From the NCBI GenBank assembly GCA_047495785.1, contig JBLDXI010000007.1, positions 2,852,001 through 2,916,000 on the forward strand: DNA of 64,000 bases, read 5' to 3'. Position 1 is the stretch's first letter, and every line of letters begins with the position of its first letter. Below are positions 1 through 12,100 of the stretch, one piece after another. The position numbers and the translations under genes were made by a program. The notes under the pieces were generated by a model. That model saw only the letters and a list, made by a program, of their open reading frames with translations, ran no database searches and was not told the DNA's origin. The stretch is from Lepidodermella squamata (lineage: Eukaryota; Animalia; Gastrotricha).

Positions 1-720
1 GTTGACCTAGTTCCGCTCGAAAAAGCCGCAAATCCGTTGATTGAAGACGATTTCCGCGCGTTTGCCTTCATTTTAACCGGTGTGATCGATGAAATGAAGC
101 GAGTCGAAGGTTCGTGGCCGTTCCACGACCCAGTCAACCGGAAAAAGGTGAAAGATTACTACGACATCGTCAAAACTCCGATGGATCTAGCCACCTTAAC
201 GAAAAAACTCAATGCCGGTTATTACCGCCGTGTTTCTGAATTCCTCTGCGATTTAACGCTGATTCAGTCGAATACTGTGTTGTATAACGGGCAGGAACAT
301 GCGTTGACTGGCATTGCGAATCGGATGATGGAAGTCGCGGGTGAACAGTTGCGGCGGTTTGCTGAGCGCCTAGCGGAATGCGAGGCCAATATCCCGCTGC
401 CGAGCTCGAATCTCGCGGCTGATATCGACCGGGCTCGCGCGTTTTTAGGCGACGATACCGAGTCTGTAGCGACTGAAACCACCTTCTCCGACTTTTTCTC
501 GGCGTCCATGGCTGGAGCGGGCCCGGTTGGCGCCAGCTCGGCTGTCGCTGCTTTCATCGGCCAGCAGCATACTGCGTTGAATTTGACTGAATCTGGCGGA
601 AATACGACCGCTGGCCTGGAGGATGACCTCGAAATTTCTTCGTCGAGCTCTTCCGAGGCTGAGGAAGGCGAAATCGCCGAAGAGGGCGAAATTGCGGATG
701 ATGATTTTGATATGAGCTAA
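1..720 (+). CDS. TAF1: TFIID subunit 1, 3' end (second bromodomain + acidic tail); 5'-truncated by window
   Basis: Frame open from base 1: LEKAANPLIEDDFRAFAFIL...SWPFHDPVNRKKVKDYYDIVKTPMDL...SN..YNG resembles the TAF1 inter-bromodomain linker and bromodomain 2. Acidic C-terminus; AATAAA at 789-794. Confidence 0.9.
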   Translation, partial: VDLVPLEKAANPLIEDDFRAFAFILTGVIDEMKRVEGSWPFHDPVNRKKVKDYYDIVKTPMDLATLTKKLNAGYYRRVSEFLCDLTLIQSNTVLYNGQEHALTGIANRMMEVAGEQLRRFAERLAECEANIPLPSSNLAADIDRARAFLGDDTESVATETTFSDFFSASMAGAGPVGASSAVAAFIGQQHTALNLTESGGNTTAGLEDDLEISSSSSSEAEEGEIAEEGEIADDDFDMS

Positions 721-1356
721 TTATTATTATTTCTCGCTTTCTCATTCTACACAACTCTGATATTTGTGATTTAAGGCGTTGTGAATTGAATAAAACAAAC
801 GAATAGTATCAAGTTTCTCAATATTAAAAATAATTTTTATTAATAGGCCAGATTATTATATTTTGTAACCCAAAAATGGCGACCGGATTCCGTTCGAATT
901 CAAGGTTTGTTTTATTTATTTCGAATTTTGACCTAGACAATTTAGCCATTATTAACCCTGAAGTATCTCTGATTTTTTTCGTATTTTTGTGAGGTTTGTG
1001 TGAGATTAGTGATTTTTCACTCTTAATAGTCCGTTTTGAGTCGAGGCGCGGTTGACTGCCCTGGACTAAAGTACGACGCAGTCATTTTCGTGTCTCTACA
1101 CGGAAATAACCTCATACCATGACGCAGCAGAGCTAGATTACAAATTTATGATCTATTTGCCGCGCGTTAATGATCGTGGCTTTCATGAGCGCTCATGCTT
1201 ATTCGATATTTGGCCGTTTTTTTCACGGACATGCTATCATAAGATACGGGCTAATGTGATTTTAACGCTATTTTTAGCCAAATATGCTATTTTTGTTGAA
1301 ATTCTGGCAACTCTCTTGACTAAACTATTTCTGCTGATTTTTTTCATCCAGGACGA

Positions 1357-4300
1357 ATGAATGCGAAAGTTGGTCAGAGGCGGTTTCTTACACCGGCCGC
1401 AGCCGTCGCGAAAACGCAGACAGCGACGATTTTACTGGATCACGGGCCTCGAAATGTGACAGGTAAATGTTTTATTGATACTCAGTTATTTCCTAAATTT
1501 TTATCATTATTTACCATCTACGGCTATTCAAACATTGGGCCTAAATTTCGTATTTGGCGCAACGCCGATATATTCCGTGTGCCACTGTAGCACAGGGTGT
1601 GCAGGATAGGATAGCAGAGTTACAAAAATCAGACCCGATCAGACCTGGGTTCAATACCCCAAACTTGGACCCTGGTGCAAACCCGGCGCATTCTTGAATT
1701 TTTTCTTGTTCAGGGAGGGAATTATGGTGGACGTTTGGACTTTTTTCACCCAAATTTCGCGGGACTCATTCGGCTTTCCCACTATAAAGTGAGGGCCCAC
1801 AGTTGGGAACCCAGATGTAGATATTGCTAATTTCCACCATGCTTATGTTTGCGGAGGCTGGAACGGGTTTGAACAGAAGTTTTGACAGGTTTTTTGGACT
1901 AGGCTTAAAGTCACTGTCGCTAGACTCCCATGTGCTTTCCGAGGTCTCAGCAATTGTAGCCTTTGTTTTAGCTGCAGAGCGACCTTGCCCCATATTACTC
2001 AAGGCGAAGCTCTTGAAACCGTCGAGGAAACTGTGCCAGTCGTTTTTAATCGTATCTGCAAGTCCAGAGACCACTTGTCTCTTCCTCGCCTCGTAAATTA
2101 CTTCAGCACATTCACCATTATCTTCCGTCCAATCATTAAGAAATAGCAGCAGTTGCAGTTCACAAGATTTACGTGGCAAAAATTTAAAGTGGTTACGAAT
2201 GAGATTGTAGATAATGGAAGTCCTGATTATTTTCTCTTGTAATTTGCAAACAATGGATGTTAGACTGATCGGTCTGTAGTTATTAAATTCAGCTTCCTCT
2301 ATCCATTGCTTAAATCGCTATCCATCCATTTTTTGTTTTATTTTCTTAGCGGCTCCTGAATTCGACATTGCAATCGATGATTTGTTCAAATTTCTCGACA
2401 TCACCGTCGATGACTTCACATTCTACCTAATGGTGGGGCTCATCGCCCACATAATCATAACGAACACCATCGCAGTGACAACGCTCATCTACGGAATTCT
2501 CACCCCGCCCGCTGCGTTGACCGTCCAGCTGATATTCAGCCGAAAACCGTACAGCAAGCTGCTGAGATGGGCTGGCAAACAGCCGGCTAATTGCAAGGTG
2601 AATACGCGACTCGGCGGTCGATTAGGCCGCCGCAATGCCTTCTCAGGCGCGTCGTCTAAAGGCGCGGAAAAAGTCAAGGACTCAGAGAACAAAGTCGATT
2701 GCACCACTTATCCATACCTCTTATCTCTGTAAGTTCCGCGATGAATGAATAATAATGCGGTTATTGAGAGATTTCTGTTATTATTATTATTATCGCAGCG
2801 CATTTTCCGACCTTCTGATTGGGGTGAGTGGAAGCAAGCACCTACAGGCGTTATAACTGCGCGTTGTTTATATTACTTTCAGATTCTGATTGCCCCGCTG
2901 CAGCTCCAGTTGCAAGTTTATGATAACAAATGGTACCTCGGCAATACGCTCTGTGATTTGTGGCGCGCTCTCGATATCTTTTTCTGTAAGGCTCTTCAGC
3001 TGAAAAATTACTGGTAAAATATAGGTATTTTGCTAATTTAGGCACTAGTTCTGCTCTACACACGTCAGTCCTAGCTGTCGACCGATGGTGGACTATAACG
3101 CGAACAGACAGTAATTATTTTATCCATTCATTTTTTATTGCATTTCTGTTAAAATTAACTATTATTAGCGTCAATTCAGGCCGACGGTGGCGCCCGGCTG
3201 CAGAAAACAATGTTGGCTTTTCTGTGGATTTTGTCTGGTATTTGAATTTTTTTTCATAAATTTTGGCAATTTTTATCGACTTTTCTTTAGCCATGATTTC
3301 GTTTCCTGTGATGTATCTGTGGCAGATGGAAACCCCAGATCAAAGCAGTGGCAATCGGAAAAATCCCTACGTAAGCCAACAAATTATTTTTTTGAAACGA
3401 AAAGTCTGAAATTTAAGAGCTCGGTAGGGAACGTTTTTCCGGGTGAATATATTGGTAGAAATATTTTTCAGATCAATTTCTTGTTTTGCTGTTAGCGGTA
3501 TAAAATAAAGACGGCGATTCTAATTTTGGAGTTGAGCTTTAAATAAAGAATGACGGTGTTTATTTTCCGTCATTTGGGATATCTAAGTGGCCTTTGGAAA
3601 AATTTAATCCCTATTTTTTCGCATTTTTACAAGTCCTGATTTGGCAATTATGAATTTTCAATTCCAGGCTTGCGACCCGATCACCGATCCTCACTTCATT
3701 ATCCTCTCTACCCTGGTTTCGTTCTTCATGCCTCTAATGCTAACCGTCGCATTCTATATTCAAATTGCTCTAATGATTCGTCAGAGGTGGATGCAACTGA
3801 AACGCCGAACCTTCGCCCGATTCGGAGCTATGCTCGGCTCTATGCTGGTGATGGGTGGGCTACCTAGGTCTCGAACAGCCGGCAGTTTCGGAAGCTCCAA
3901 GTCTGCCTATGCAAAACAGCACCACATCCACTCTCCGAAGGCAATTGCTAGCCCAGACACCCCAGAACGGCCGTTACCTCCGATGAACAGCCCGGGCGAT
4001 GAAGTAACAAAAACTCTGATTGAGATCAGCCCGGCGAAGAAGATGGAAAATTTTCAAAGCCGGCTGTCGATTCATAGCGGCGTTACTAACCCTTTAATTG
4101 CTGCTAAAATTTCTCAAACGGATCCACCGCGGCGCCGGCTATCTACAAGAGACAGAAGAGACCAGGCGGATACCATGGAGTCGTCACTTGCGGCTCTGAA
4201 ACAACACTCTCGACTGATTAGGGTAAATTATATTATTTTGAATAAAATTGATTGCTAATTTTTCTTATTTTTTTCAGGCTATGGTAAATTTTCGAAGCAT

Positions 4301-5020
4301 GAGGTTTGATTTTATTTGAATTTTATTTATTGGAAATAGGCGGTCGTAGTCATTATGTACTGTGTTTGCTGGTTTCCGTTGTACTCGACGCTATTCGTGA
4401 AGGGTTCGTTGGATTTTTTCATTCAATTTCCTCACTTGTTTAATATTTTTACAGCGGTATGCACTGTTTGCCCAGACGACCACCTGTGGGTGAAATTGTT
4501 GGGCGCATTCACATGGCTCGGCTACGCAAATTCCGGCATAAATCCTATCATCTACTTCATAACATTGGAAGAATTCCGCCTGTTGGCGTTTTCTATGGTC
4601 AAATCAATGATGGACCGGCTCTCATTTTGGCCGCGAGCTATTCGAAGAGCCCCGCAGCGGTTGAAAACTTGGATTGACGAGCGAAGAATGACGATCGAGC
4701 CGAATTATATCGCTGAAAATGAAAAAATGAACAGTTATTTCGAACTGGCGGAACGAGAATTTCCGACCCCGATGTCGAGCCGGCCATCGCGAATCGACCA
4801 CCTGTTGAGCCTATCATCTGATGTCGATAGTCCAATGCCTCAGTTCAGCCCTTATTTACCGAATAATCGAGTGCTGAAACTAATTACGAATGATAACGCG
4901 ACTTTTCGAAATGAACTGTTAATTGAACCTGAATATCCTCAACCAAATTATGGCGAATTTCCGTATTATGACAGTTGGGGTAGACCTATTAATGCATTAT
5001 CTCTTGAAGCTACAATTTAG
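1357..5020 (+). CDS. Class A aminergic GPCR (dopamine/octopamine/5-HT-like), multi-exon
   Basis: In-frame GT-AG exons 1357-1462, 2350-2728, 2799-2823, 2883-2986, then approximately 3042-3110, 3169-3237, 3290-3370, 3669-4222, 4278-4302, 4341-4402, 4454-5020. Motifs: TM2 LSLAFSDLLIG, TM3 CDLWRALDIFFCTSS..LAVDRW (Asp3.32), TM5 STLVSFFMPL, TM6 CWFP, TM7 WLGYANSGINPIIY. Confidence 0.88.
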
Positions 5021-5100
5021 ATATTTTTATTAAAAAATTCCTCCTTAAAAAATGGAATTTTGTTGAATTTTTTAGGGAATGTTATTGTTGTATAAATCCG

Positions 5101-7417
5101 ATGCAGTATACTCGCCACGAAAAGTTGATCTGTCTAGGCCGATGTCCGATTGCTAGTCAAGATTTCTACGAAGAATTCAGCGCTTGTGCTGATTTTGTTT
5201 GCGCAAATGTCGCACACAGTCTCGGCCTTGAAAATTGGAAAATCGTATTTCGCGGCGATGAGAGTGAAAACTGGAATTTTTCCCTCCACCTCAACCACCG
5301 AGCTCTATTTTCAACGCTGTCACTCACCTTTGGGCCGTTGCCCTCGCTTGAGGCGAGGGAGAATATGATTCATGGCATAATTGAAGAGTTGTCCAGTGTA
5401 TTTTTCACGACTCAGAATTTGTTCTTTGTCGTGGCAAAACCGACGGAAAAATTCAACCAGCAAGCTCAGTTGCTACTCTGGATGACCGTAATCGGCAGGG
5501 ATTTGAAAAATCTCAATCGAACGCTGCAAGCTATTCATTCTGAAATTCCGCAGTGCAGCATGCAGACGCTGCTGATGGAAGCTGTTCGGATTCAGTTTTG
5601 CGAGGGCGTGACCAGTCTCCTTAAATACGGTGCTTTCGCGGATAAAAGCGTGTCGACTGAACCGACGTTGAATCTCTTCTACCGACCTCTTGCTACGCTG
5701 ACAATCGAGTGCTGTGAGTACGTTTGCGGCTGTCTCCGGCGGAATCGGTGGCGCAACGATCGCGAAGATGTCGCGAGAAAATTCGACCTGATTTCAAGGT
5801 AATAATTGTGACGGTGACGGTTACAAAAGACTGAGTATAATGAAGGGATTATATGAAGTGAACAGTATAGGAATTAAACAGAGATTTATCTGAAAGAAAT
5901 CTTTAAAAATATGAAATCACTTACTTGTCATGGCGATTATTCTCCTCGGGCTGCACGCGACATTTGTCACCCAGTTGGCATGCTCTGGGTCATGCTGACC
6001 ACGGACAACGGTATTGAATTCCATTTAATGTTATACAAATTTTCCTAGAAAACAGAAGGAGTTTATTCTTGGTAGCCTTGCGCCTTGAAATTTATTTCAT
6101 TTGATTTTTGGCATTCTGAGACTTAGCTAACAGCAGCTGATGAGCATTAGGCTTCGCCGTTTCCTCGCCGCCGGCCCGGGATCTCGTAATTCTCGCAGGC
6201 TGCTAATCCGATTATTATTTTGTATTTTGTACGGTGTTGCCGCAGGAACATTTGCCGAATGAAAATAACCAATGAATATAGAACAGCATTAGGGTGGAAC
6301 GAGTTACTTATGCCACAGTGTGAAATACGTTCTAGGCTCGATTTGCAGTTTCAAAGTTTTTGATGGTGCCATTGACTGCTCCACATTGGTACCCGCGGTT
6401 TCCTGATTTTGAGATGCTGCCTGTTTATTCTTTCCCTTCTTCACTGACTTAGCATCCGGTTTTTGATCAGCTTCATCGAAAGTTTGAGAAGCAGCCTGAT
6501 GATCAGTAGAGCCTCTCCGCTGTCCTACCTGGTCCAGTGGTTTCGTTTGACGCCGGGCTTCGTTAACTAGGCGGTTGCGCTCCTTTTCTTCCTGAAGAAC
6601 CTCCGGTCGAGCAGCTTCCTTGGCAGCTAATTTCGTAGATATATATTATTATCAGGTTTAAATTAAGGTTTAAACTAAAACTAAAACTAACTTGGAAAAT
6701 GTGAATGCAAAATTTACATTTTTTTCATTTTTTAGGGAGCTGATTTCAAACTACGAGCGGAAAACCTTGTCCACCGATGACTCGAAGGCCCTTCAATACA
6801 CTTTTCTCCTCGCCGGACTCAACCGAAGCACCACTGAATTTCTCATCGATCAATCTACCCCAATTCTATCGACAATCCACGATAAAACTCCACTCGACTT
6901 CGCCTTTTCAGATTTCTTCAATCGTTTCCCGGACCGGCCCACCCTCTTCTCTACCGGTCTAGCCGCAGCTGGTGTAGCCTACGCGATTCTGCCGCTACTT
7001 CGCGCGGGCTGCCTATGTTCCAATAGTCTGGTAGAAATCGTCCGCAATTCCGCCCATTTGTTCAACTCCGACTTCTACACCGTGCAATTGTGGGGCAAAC
7101 CTGGCGTGATGATTCACCTTATGGCAGAGGCGAGTCGGAATTCTTGCTCGCTGAATATCGCCGAGCTACTCGCTGTCCCGAACAATTTCGAAGATGAAGA
7201 GCATGAAACTGCGGCGATTTTCGTCCAAACCGCCGTTCAGCTGTACCCGCGCCAGTTGCAGGCCCTGAGCCGGCGTGCTATCCTAAAGCAGCTACCTTAC
7301 GGGCTGAAATCGCGGCAGGATGCAATCGATAGTCTGATGCTGCCCAGGTGTCTCCAGGACTACCTGAACTACCGCGAATTCGACGTCCTTCCACATACCC
7401 TGTCGCTTTCACTGTGA
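5101..7417 (+). CDS. SOCS-box protein A (ankyrin-like motif, Cys-rich N-terminus); exons 5101-5798, 6736-7417
   Basis: Phase-2 intron joins the two ORFs in frame. Ankyrin-like TLLMEAV...VTSLLKYGA. C-terminal YPRQLQALSRRAILKQLP...LMLPRCLQDYL is SOCS/BC-box-like. Confidence 0.8.
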
Positions 7418-7605
7418 AATGTAAAAATAACTCACTCGATATTTCTACGTTTTATTTTGATTTCTTTCAGTGCAAAACAAAGTTATTAATATAGTGGGTC
7501 GCTTTTTTTGGTTTTGCGTTTTCAATGTCTGAAAATAAGCTTTATTGTATTATTGGTGATGAATTAAAATTCAATTTTTTCGGCAATTTCATTTAGATTT
7601 TTTCT

Positions 7606-9012
7606 ATGCGTATTACGTGTCATGAAGATTGCATTTGCGGGGGTCAGTGCGTACTGACCGGGCCGCGGTACTATTATACCTATATAATTCTGCTGAAATC
7701 GCTCGTCCCGAAAGTTTGTTCACGGCTTGGTTTGAAAGAATTCCCAATCGCGTTCGGAAATCAACACCACGAGCATTGGGTCGATTCTTTGGTTTTATTC
7801 GATTATTACCTCGATTTAAATAATGACGGTGTAATTATAAAGCCTATTGAACCCGAAACTGGGCTGAGGTAAAACTATTTTATATCGAATTTTTCAGGAA
7901 TTTATTTTCGTTAATATAGGATTGCAGCTGAACTACTCAACGAAATAACTGTGAATGAAACGAAAAATTTCTCGGATTTCAACCCGGCTGCTCACTTAGT
8001 ATTATGGCTTTCAGTAAAACTGAAAAATATCGCCTTATTATCGAAAACTTTATCGACGATTTCGAATGAAAATATTCCGAGATGTGTGCTTCAATCTTTA
8101 TTGCTTGAAGCCGTTGATAAGAAGTCGTACGAAGCCGTTAAAATTTTGCTACAAAACGGCGCTCGAGCTGATCGAAGGTTGAGAAAATTTGAGGAATCTC
8201 GCGATTTCCGGCCGATTTCAGTTTGCATCCGCGAATTCGACCCGCGGATGGCCGATGAAGACCGGGTTGAATCTGAGAAAATTCTTAGGTTGTTGCTGGA
8301 CAGTTGTCAGAAACCACCATTCGCCCCGGATCCTGATCACGATGACGACGTCCCATCTCTCGGTTCAACTGCCTATTTAGGCCTTGATCTAACGGAATAT
8401 TTACTCGAAAAAGCGGGGAATTACTTGAATGAAATTTTTACCCAGGATATGGATGATAACGCGAGTACGCCATTGGATGAGGCTTTTTCGCTTCTTCAAG
8501 CGACTCTAGTCACCCTGCCACAGTTGATCGATCAATTGAAGGCTGATCGAAACGGCGGCGGGACTAGTTTGGAGCAAGTAATTGCCGAAAAATTTACCCT
8601 GGCAATTTTACCGATTTTACGCGCCGGAGGGCGGTCTTGTAAACATTTTGAGGACGAATATTTGGAGCGATATTACGATATTATCAACCAAATGGCGAAA
8701 GATCGGATGAATGAGCAATTTTGGGGCCGAGAAAATGTTGCGATGGAGCTGATTATCGAATCACGGGGCTATCATTCGAAATCGTTCGATATTTCAAAAT
8801 TCAGGAATTTCAAGAAAGATTTGCCGTTTATTGCGGCGGAAAAATTATTGGCGAAATCATTTCCTCGCAGTTTGAAATCAACTGCTCGCCGGGTTGTGCT
8901 GCAAAAATTGCCGCTGGGATCAAAATCGCGACGTGATGCGATTGAAAAACTGGATATACCTGATATTTGCAAAGACTATCTGAATTTCAAAGAATTTGAA
9001 CTGAAATCGTGA
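7606..9012 (+). CDS. SOCS-box protein B; exons 7606-7868, 7920-9012
   Basis: 51-bp in-frame-joining intron. LLLEAVDKKSYEAVKILLQNGA is ankyrin-like; C-terminal FPRSLKSTARRVVL...LDIPDICKDYL. Confidence 0.82.
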
Positions 9013-9116
9013 AAATAAAATCGATATATTTTTCCGCGTGTTTTGATTAATTTTTTGATACATTTAGAATTTATGAATTTTCTGAACAATTCGTAAGCCC
9101 GAGCTTCGATTTCTCA

Positions 9117-12100
9117 ATGAATATTATCGATCACAAAGAAAGCAGATTTTGCTGCGGGAAGGAGCCGTGTCCAATCAGTGATGAGGCATTTTTCTGTGAT
9201 GTGTTAGAAGCCGCCGGGTCGCTGATTCACGAAGTTCGAAGCGAACTAGGCCTAGGCCGTGAAGATATGAGCCTCATCGCTTACATGGACGTTGACAATT
9301 TCCAGGAATACAGCCATTTTTGCATCAAATTACTCCCGCGAAAATTATTTGGGTCGAATTATATTTTCATTTGCCTGAGCGATGAGTCATTGGTCTCGAA
9401 AGTTTTGACCTGTTTGATCGAAATTTTGGAGATGAGACGTTTGCGGCGCAAATTTAACCCCGAATCACTGTTTGCTGAGGACGCGATTGCTGTTTACTTG
9501 TCGTTTGTTGCCAGGAACCGTGAAGCGTTCAAAGCTGCAATTTCATATGTGGACGGTTTCATGCCCGATTGTTTTCAGCAATACATTTTGAAGAAAGCTA
9601 TCGATCGCGATTTGGACTGGGCTGTTCTCGATTTGGTGGCTATCGGTGCTTCTAGCCGTCTAGTTTATCATGGTGAGTTCAATGTTATTTTCATTTCGAT
9701 TTTCTCTGTATGACCTTGGTAACAACTGAATTTTTTGAAAGATTTCATCCAACGATCGATTTAAAATTTGATTTAATTTAAATTAATTCTGATGCGTGTG
9801 ATTTGGTGGCAAACAAGCATTATCAAATTCAATGAACCTCAAAAAACCAGGCGCGCCGTTGACCAACATGTTTCGGCTTTTATTAAGCCATCATCAGGGT
9901 CTACAAAAAGCTACCAAAACAAAAATATATAACATCAACAACTAAATTACCTCGCGTTCCAAACACCAAACAGAAAAAGACAGGAATTATTAATTAAATA
10001 TTATCGCTATTATCATCAATGAATCTATTAATGCACATAGTATTAATCTTGGGATCGAGAGCTTGGATAAATAATTTTTTCAGTCTTAAGCAGTCGATTA
10101 GGCTCTGAGCATCGGTGGAGGATAGTAACTGTGAAGGGTGGATGAGATTTCCTGCAAGAAACAAAATGTGCCGGGGGGAACCCCCATACTGTCACCGTTT
10201 GTGAGTTGACAAGTTGTTTGTTTGTTTGTATGCCGCCAGCGTGCGCACAGTCTGTGCACGCCTGTTGCGCACTCTTTTAACTATTCAGGTTTGGTTTTTG
10301 GATGTAAAACTTGGCGATAACTGAGTAGTTAACCACCGCATACATTACAGATGTACGCTACTTCTTGCCGGTGACCGAAAATTAACCTTTTCTTGAGATT
10401 TTATACTTCAAAGCGTGGTTTTATTCAGCAATCACATAGTGAGTAAACAATCAAGTATTGGCCAGCAATTGACGTGGCTTCGACTCTGTCAATTCTGTCG
10501 ATTTCAGCCCGCCGCAGAATGTCGATGTATTGATCTGCATTGACTCGACCGAGGCACTGCTGTTCGATGCCGAATCATGACCATCTTTTATGATGCCGGA
10601 GCAACACTCGTCAGAGAAAGACACACAGCGTTAATTGTGAATTGCCTTGTCGCCTGCATTCAAGTTGCGCTTTCAGACCGCCGGTTTGCGGCGAATACCA
10701 TTGATTCTCAAGTGTAGTGAGACGGTTCGGGCTGACGGTTCGGTTATGTGTATTGCTGCCCGACTCGGTGTTTCAGCTGATCCAGCGGCAATCTCCGTCC
10801 AAATCGTAGGGAGAGACACTGTGTTTTTACCTCCGAAGCCGACCCCATCCCCTGCTCATTCTCCCGGACGCTGCACAGCCACGTGCCAAAACCCATTGAA
10901 ATCCATTACGCCGTTCACTGAATTAGTTGCTTTTAGGCTCTAACTATCCCGAACAGTTCGTCGCTCCCGATGTCCGTACCCGATCTTCAACGAACTGAGC
11001 CTCTTCAGCTCCCAGAACCGCCGAGTTCTCCGTTCTCCGGCGCGTGGTAGCCGATAATGATCGCCTTGAGACTCTAATACCTATTGGTTGGATGCTATTA
11101 GTCCCATTTTCTACGAGTGGGGAAAGGATGTCAAGTAGCACCTCTGTTGTACTCCCTTGTAATCCACACCTGTGATCTCATCTGTTCACCCAGAGCCCTT
11201 GGTAAGGCACGTAGGCTGAAGATGTCACCTCGTTTATAGTAAGGGAGCTACTTTGTCAGAGCCAGAGTAAAGGGCTCAGAATGGAATCGATCACTGCCTA
11301 GGCTTGCCTTTAGCGGCAACAGTTCCACGTCGCCATGTTGCAAAACAAAACACTCAGCGCAATTCTGGCAGTCCGTTTCACGACTACCGCGTCAGAGGCT
11401 CTTACGCTGCTATCACCGGCAGTTTGACGCGTCCGAACTTGATCTGCGACGAACTGGATCTCTACAACTCCCAGAACCACCGCGTTCTCCTTTCTCAGGT
11501 GCGTGGTAGCCGATACTGCGTGTATCGCCTTGAGACTTTTATAACTCCCTGGTTAGAGGCCTTATTAGTCCTATTTTTTAAGAGCGAGGAAACGGCCACT
11601 TGACACAGCGACAGAACTACCGCTAGGGATGGTTCCGCGGTCCTACTACACTATCTTCCACGAACTGAGCCTCTTCAACCCCCAGTATCGCTGAGTTTTC
11701 CGTTAGCCAGCGCTTGGTTCAATTTAGCATACACTTTGACTCGCCGATAGCTTTCTACAACTCCCGGGTTAGATGGTATTAGCCCTATTTCTAAAAGTGC
11801 CGATCTCCTCCGTATTTCTTACCGTAGTTCTACTGTAGTGAGCACGTTGCCATTTAGCACGGTACCGTAGGTGGACAGAAAAATTGACGGTAGCAGATGC
11901 CATTTGAACCCTCAATTCAACACTTGAAGCCAGGCACCTTATTAACTGAGCTATCGTGCAGTTTCGGACATGCTAGTCTTTAAAGGTGTCCCTGAATAGT
12001 TTTTTGCGTTAGTTTCAAACAAGACAGTTTCTGGAAACTTTCATTTATATAGAAGAAAGTTTTCAAGTGAAAACTATTACACCGTGCTGAAGAACTACCG

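Noticed and set aside
1766-2179. Nested minus-strand gene in the GPCR intron
   Set aside because: Non-ATG start and no recognisable motif; likely TE debris.
6137-6165. Second hammerhead (CTGATGAG)
   Set aside because: No GAAA or closing stems in the correct order. The same applies to CTGAAGAG at ~32093 and ~11003 (minus strand).
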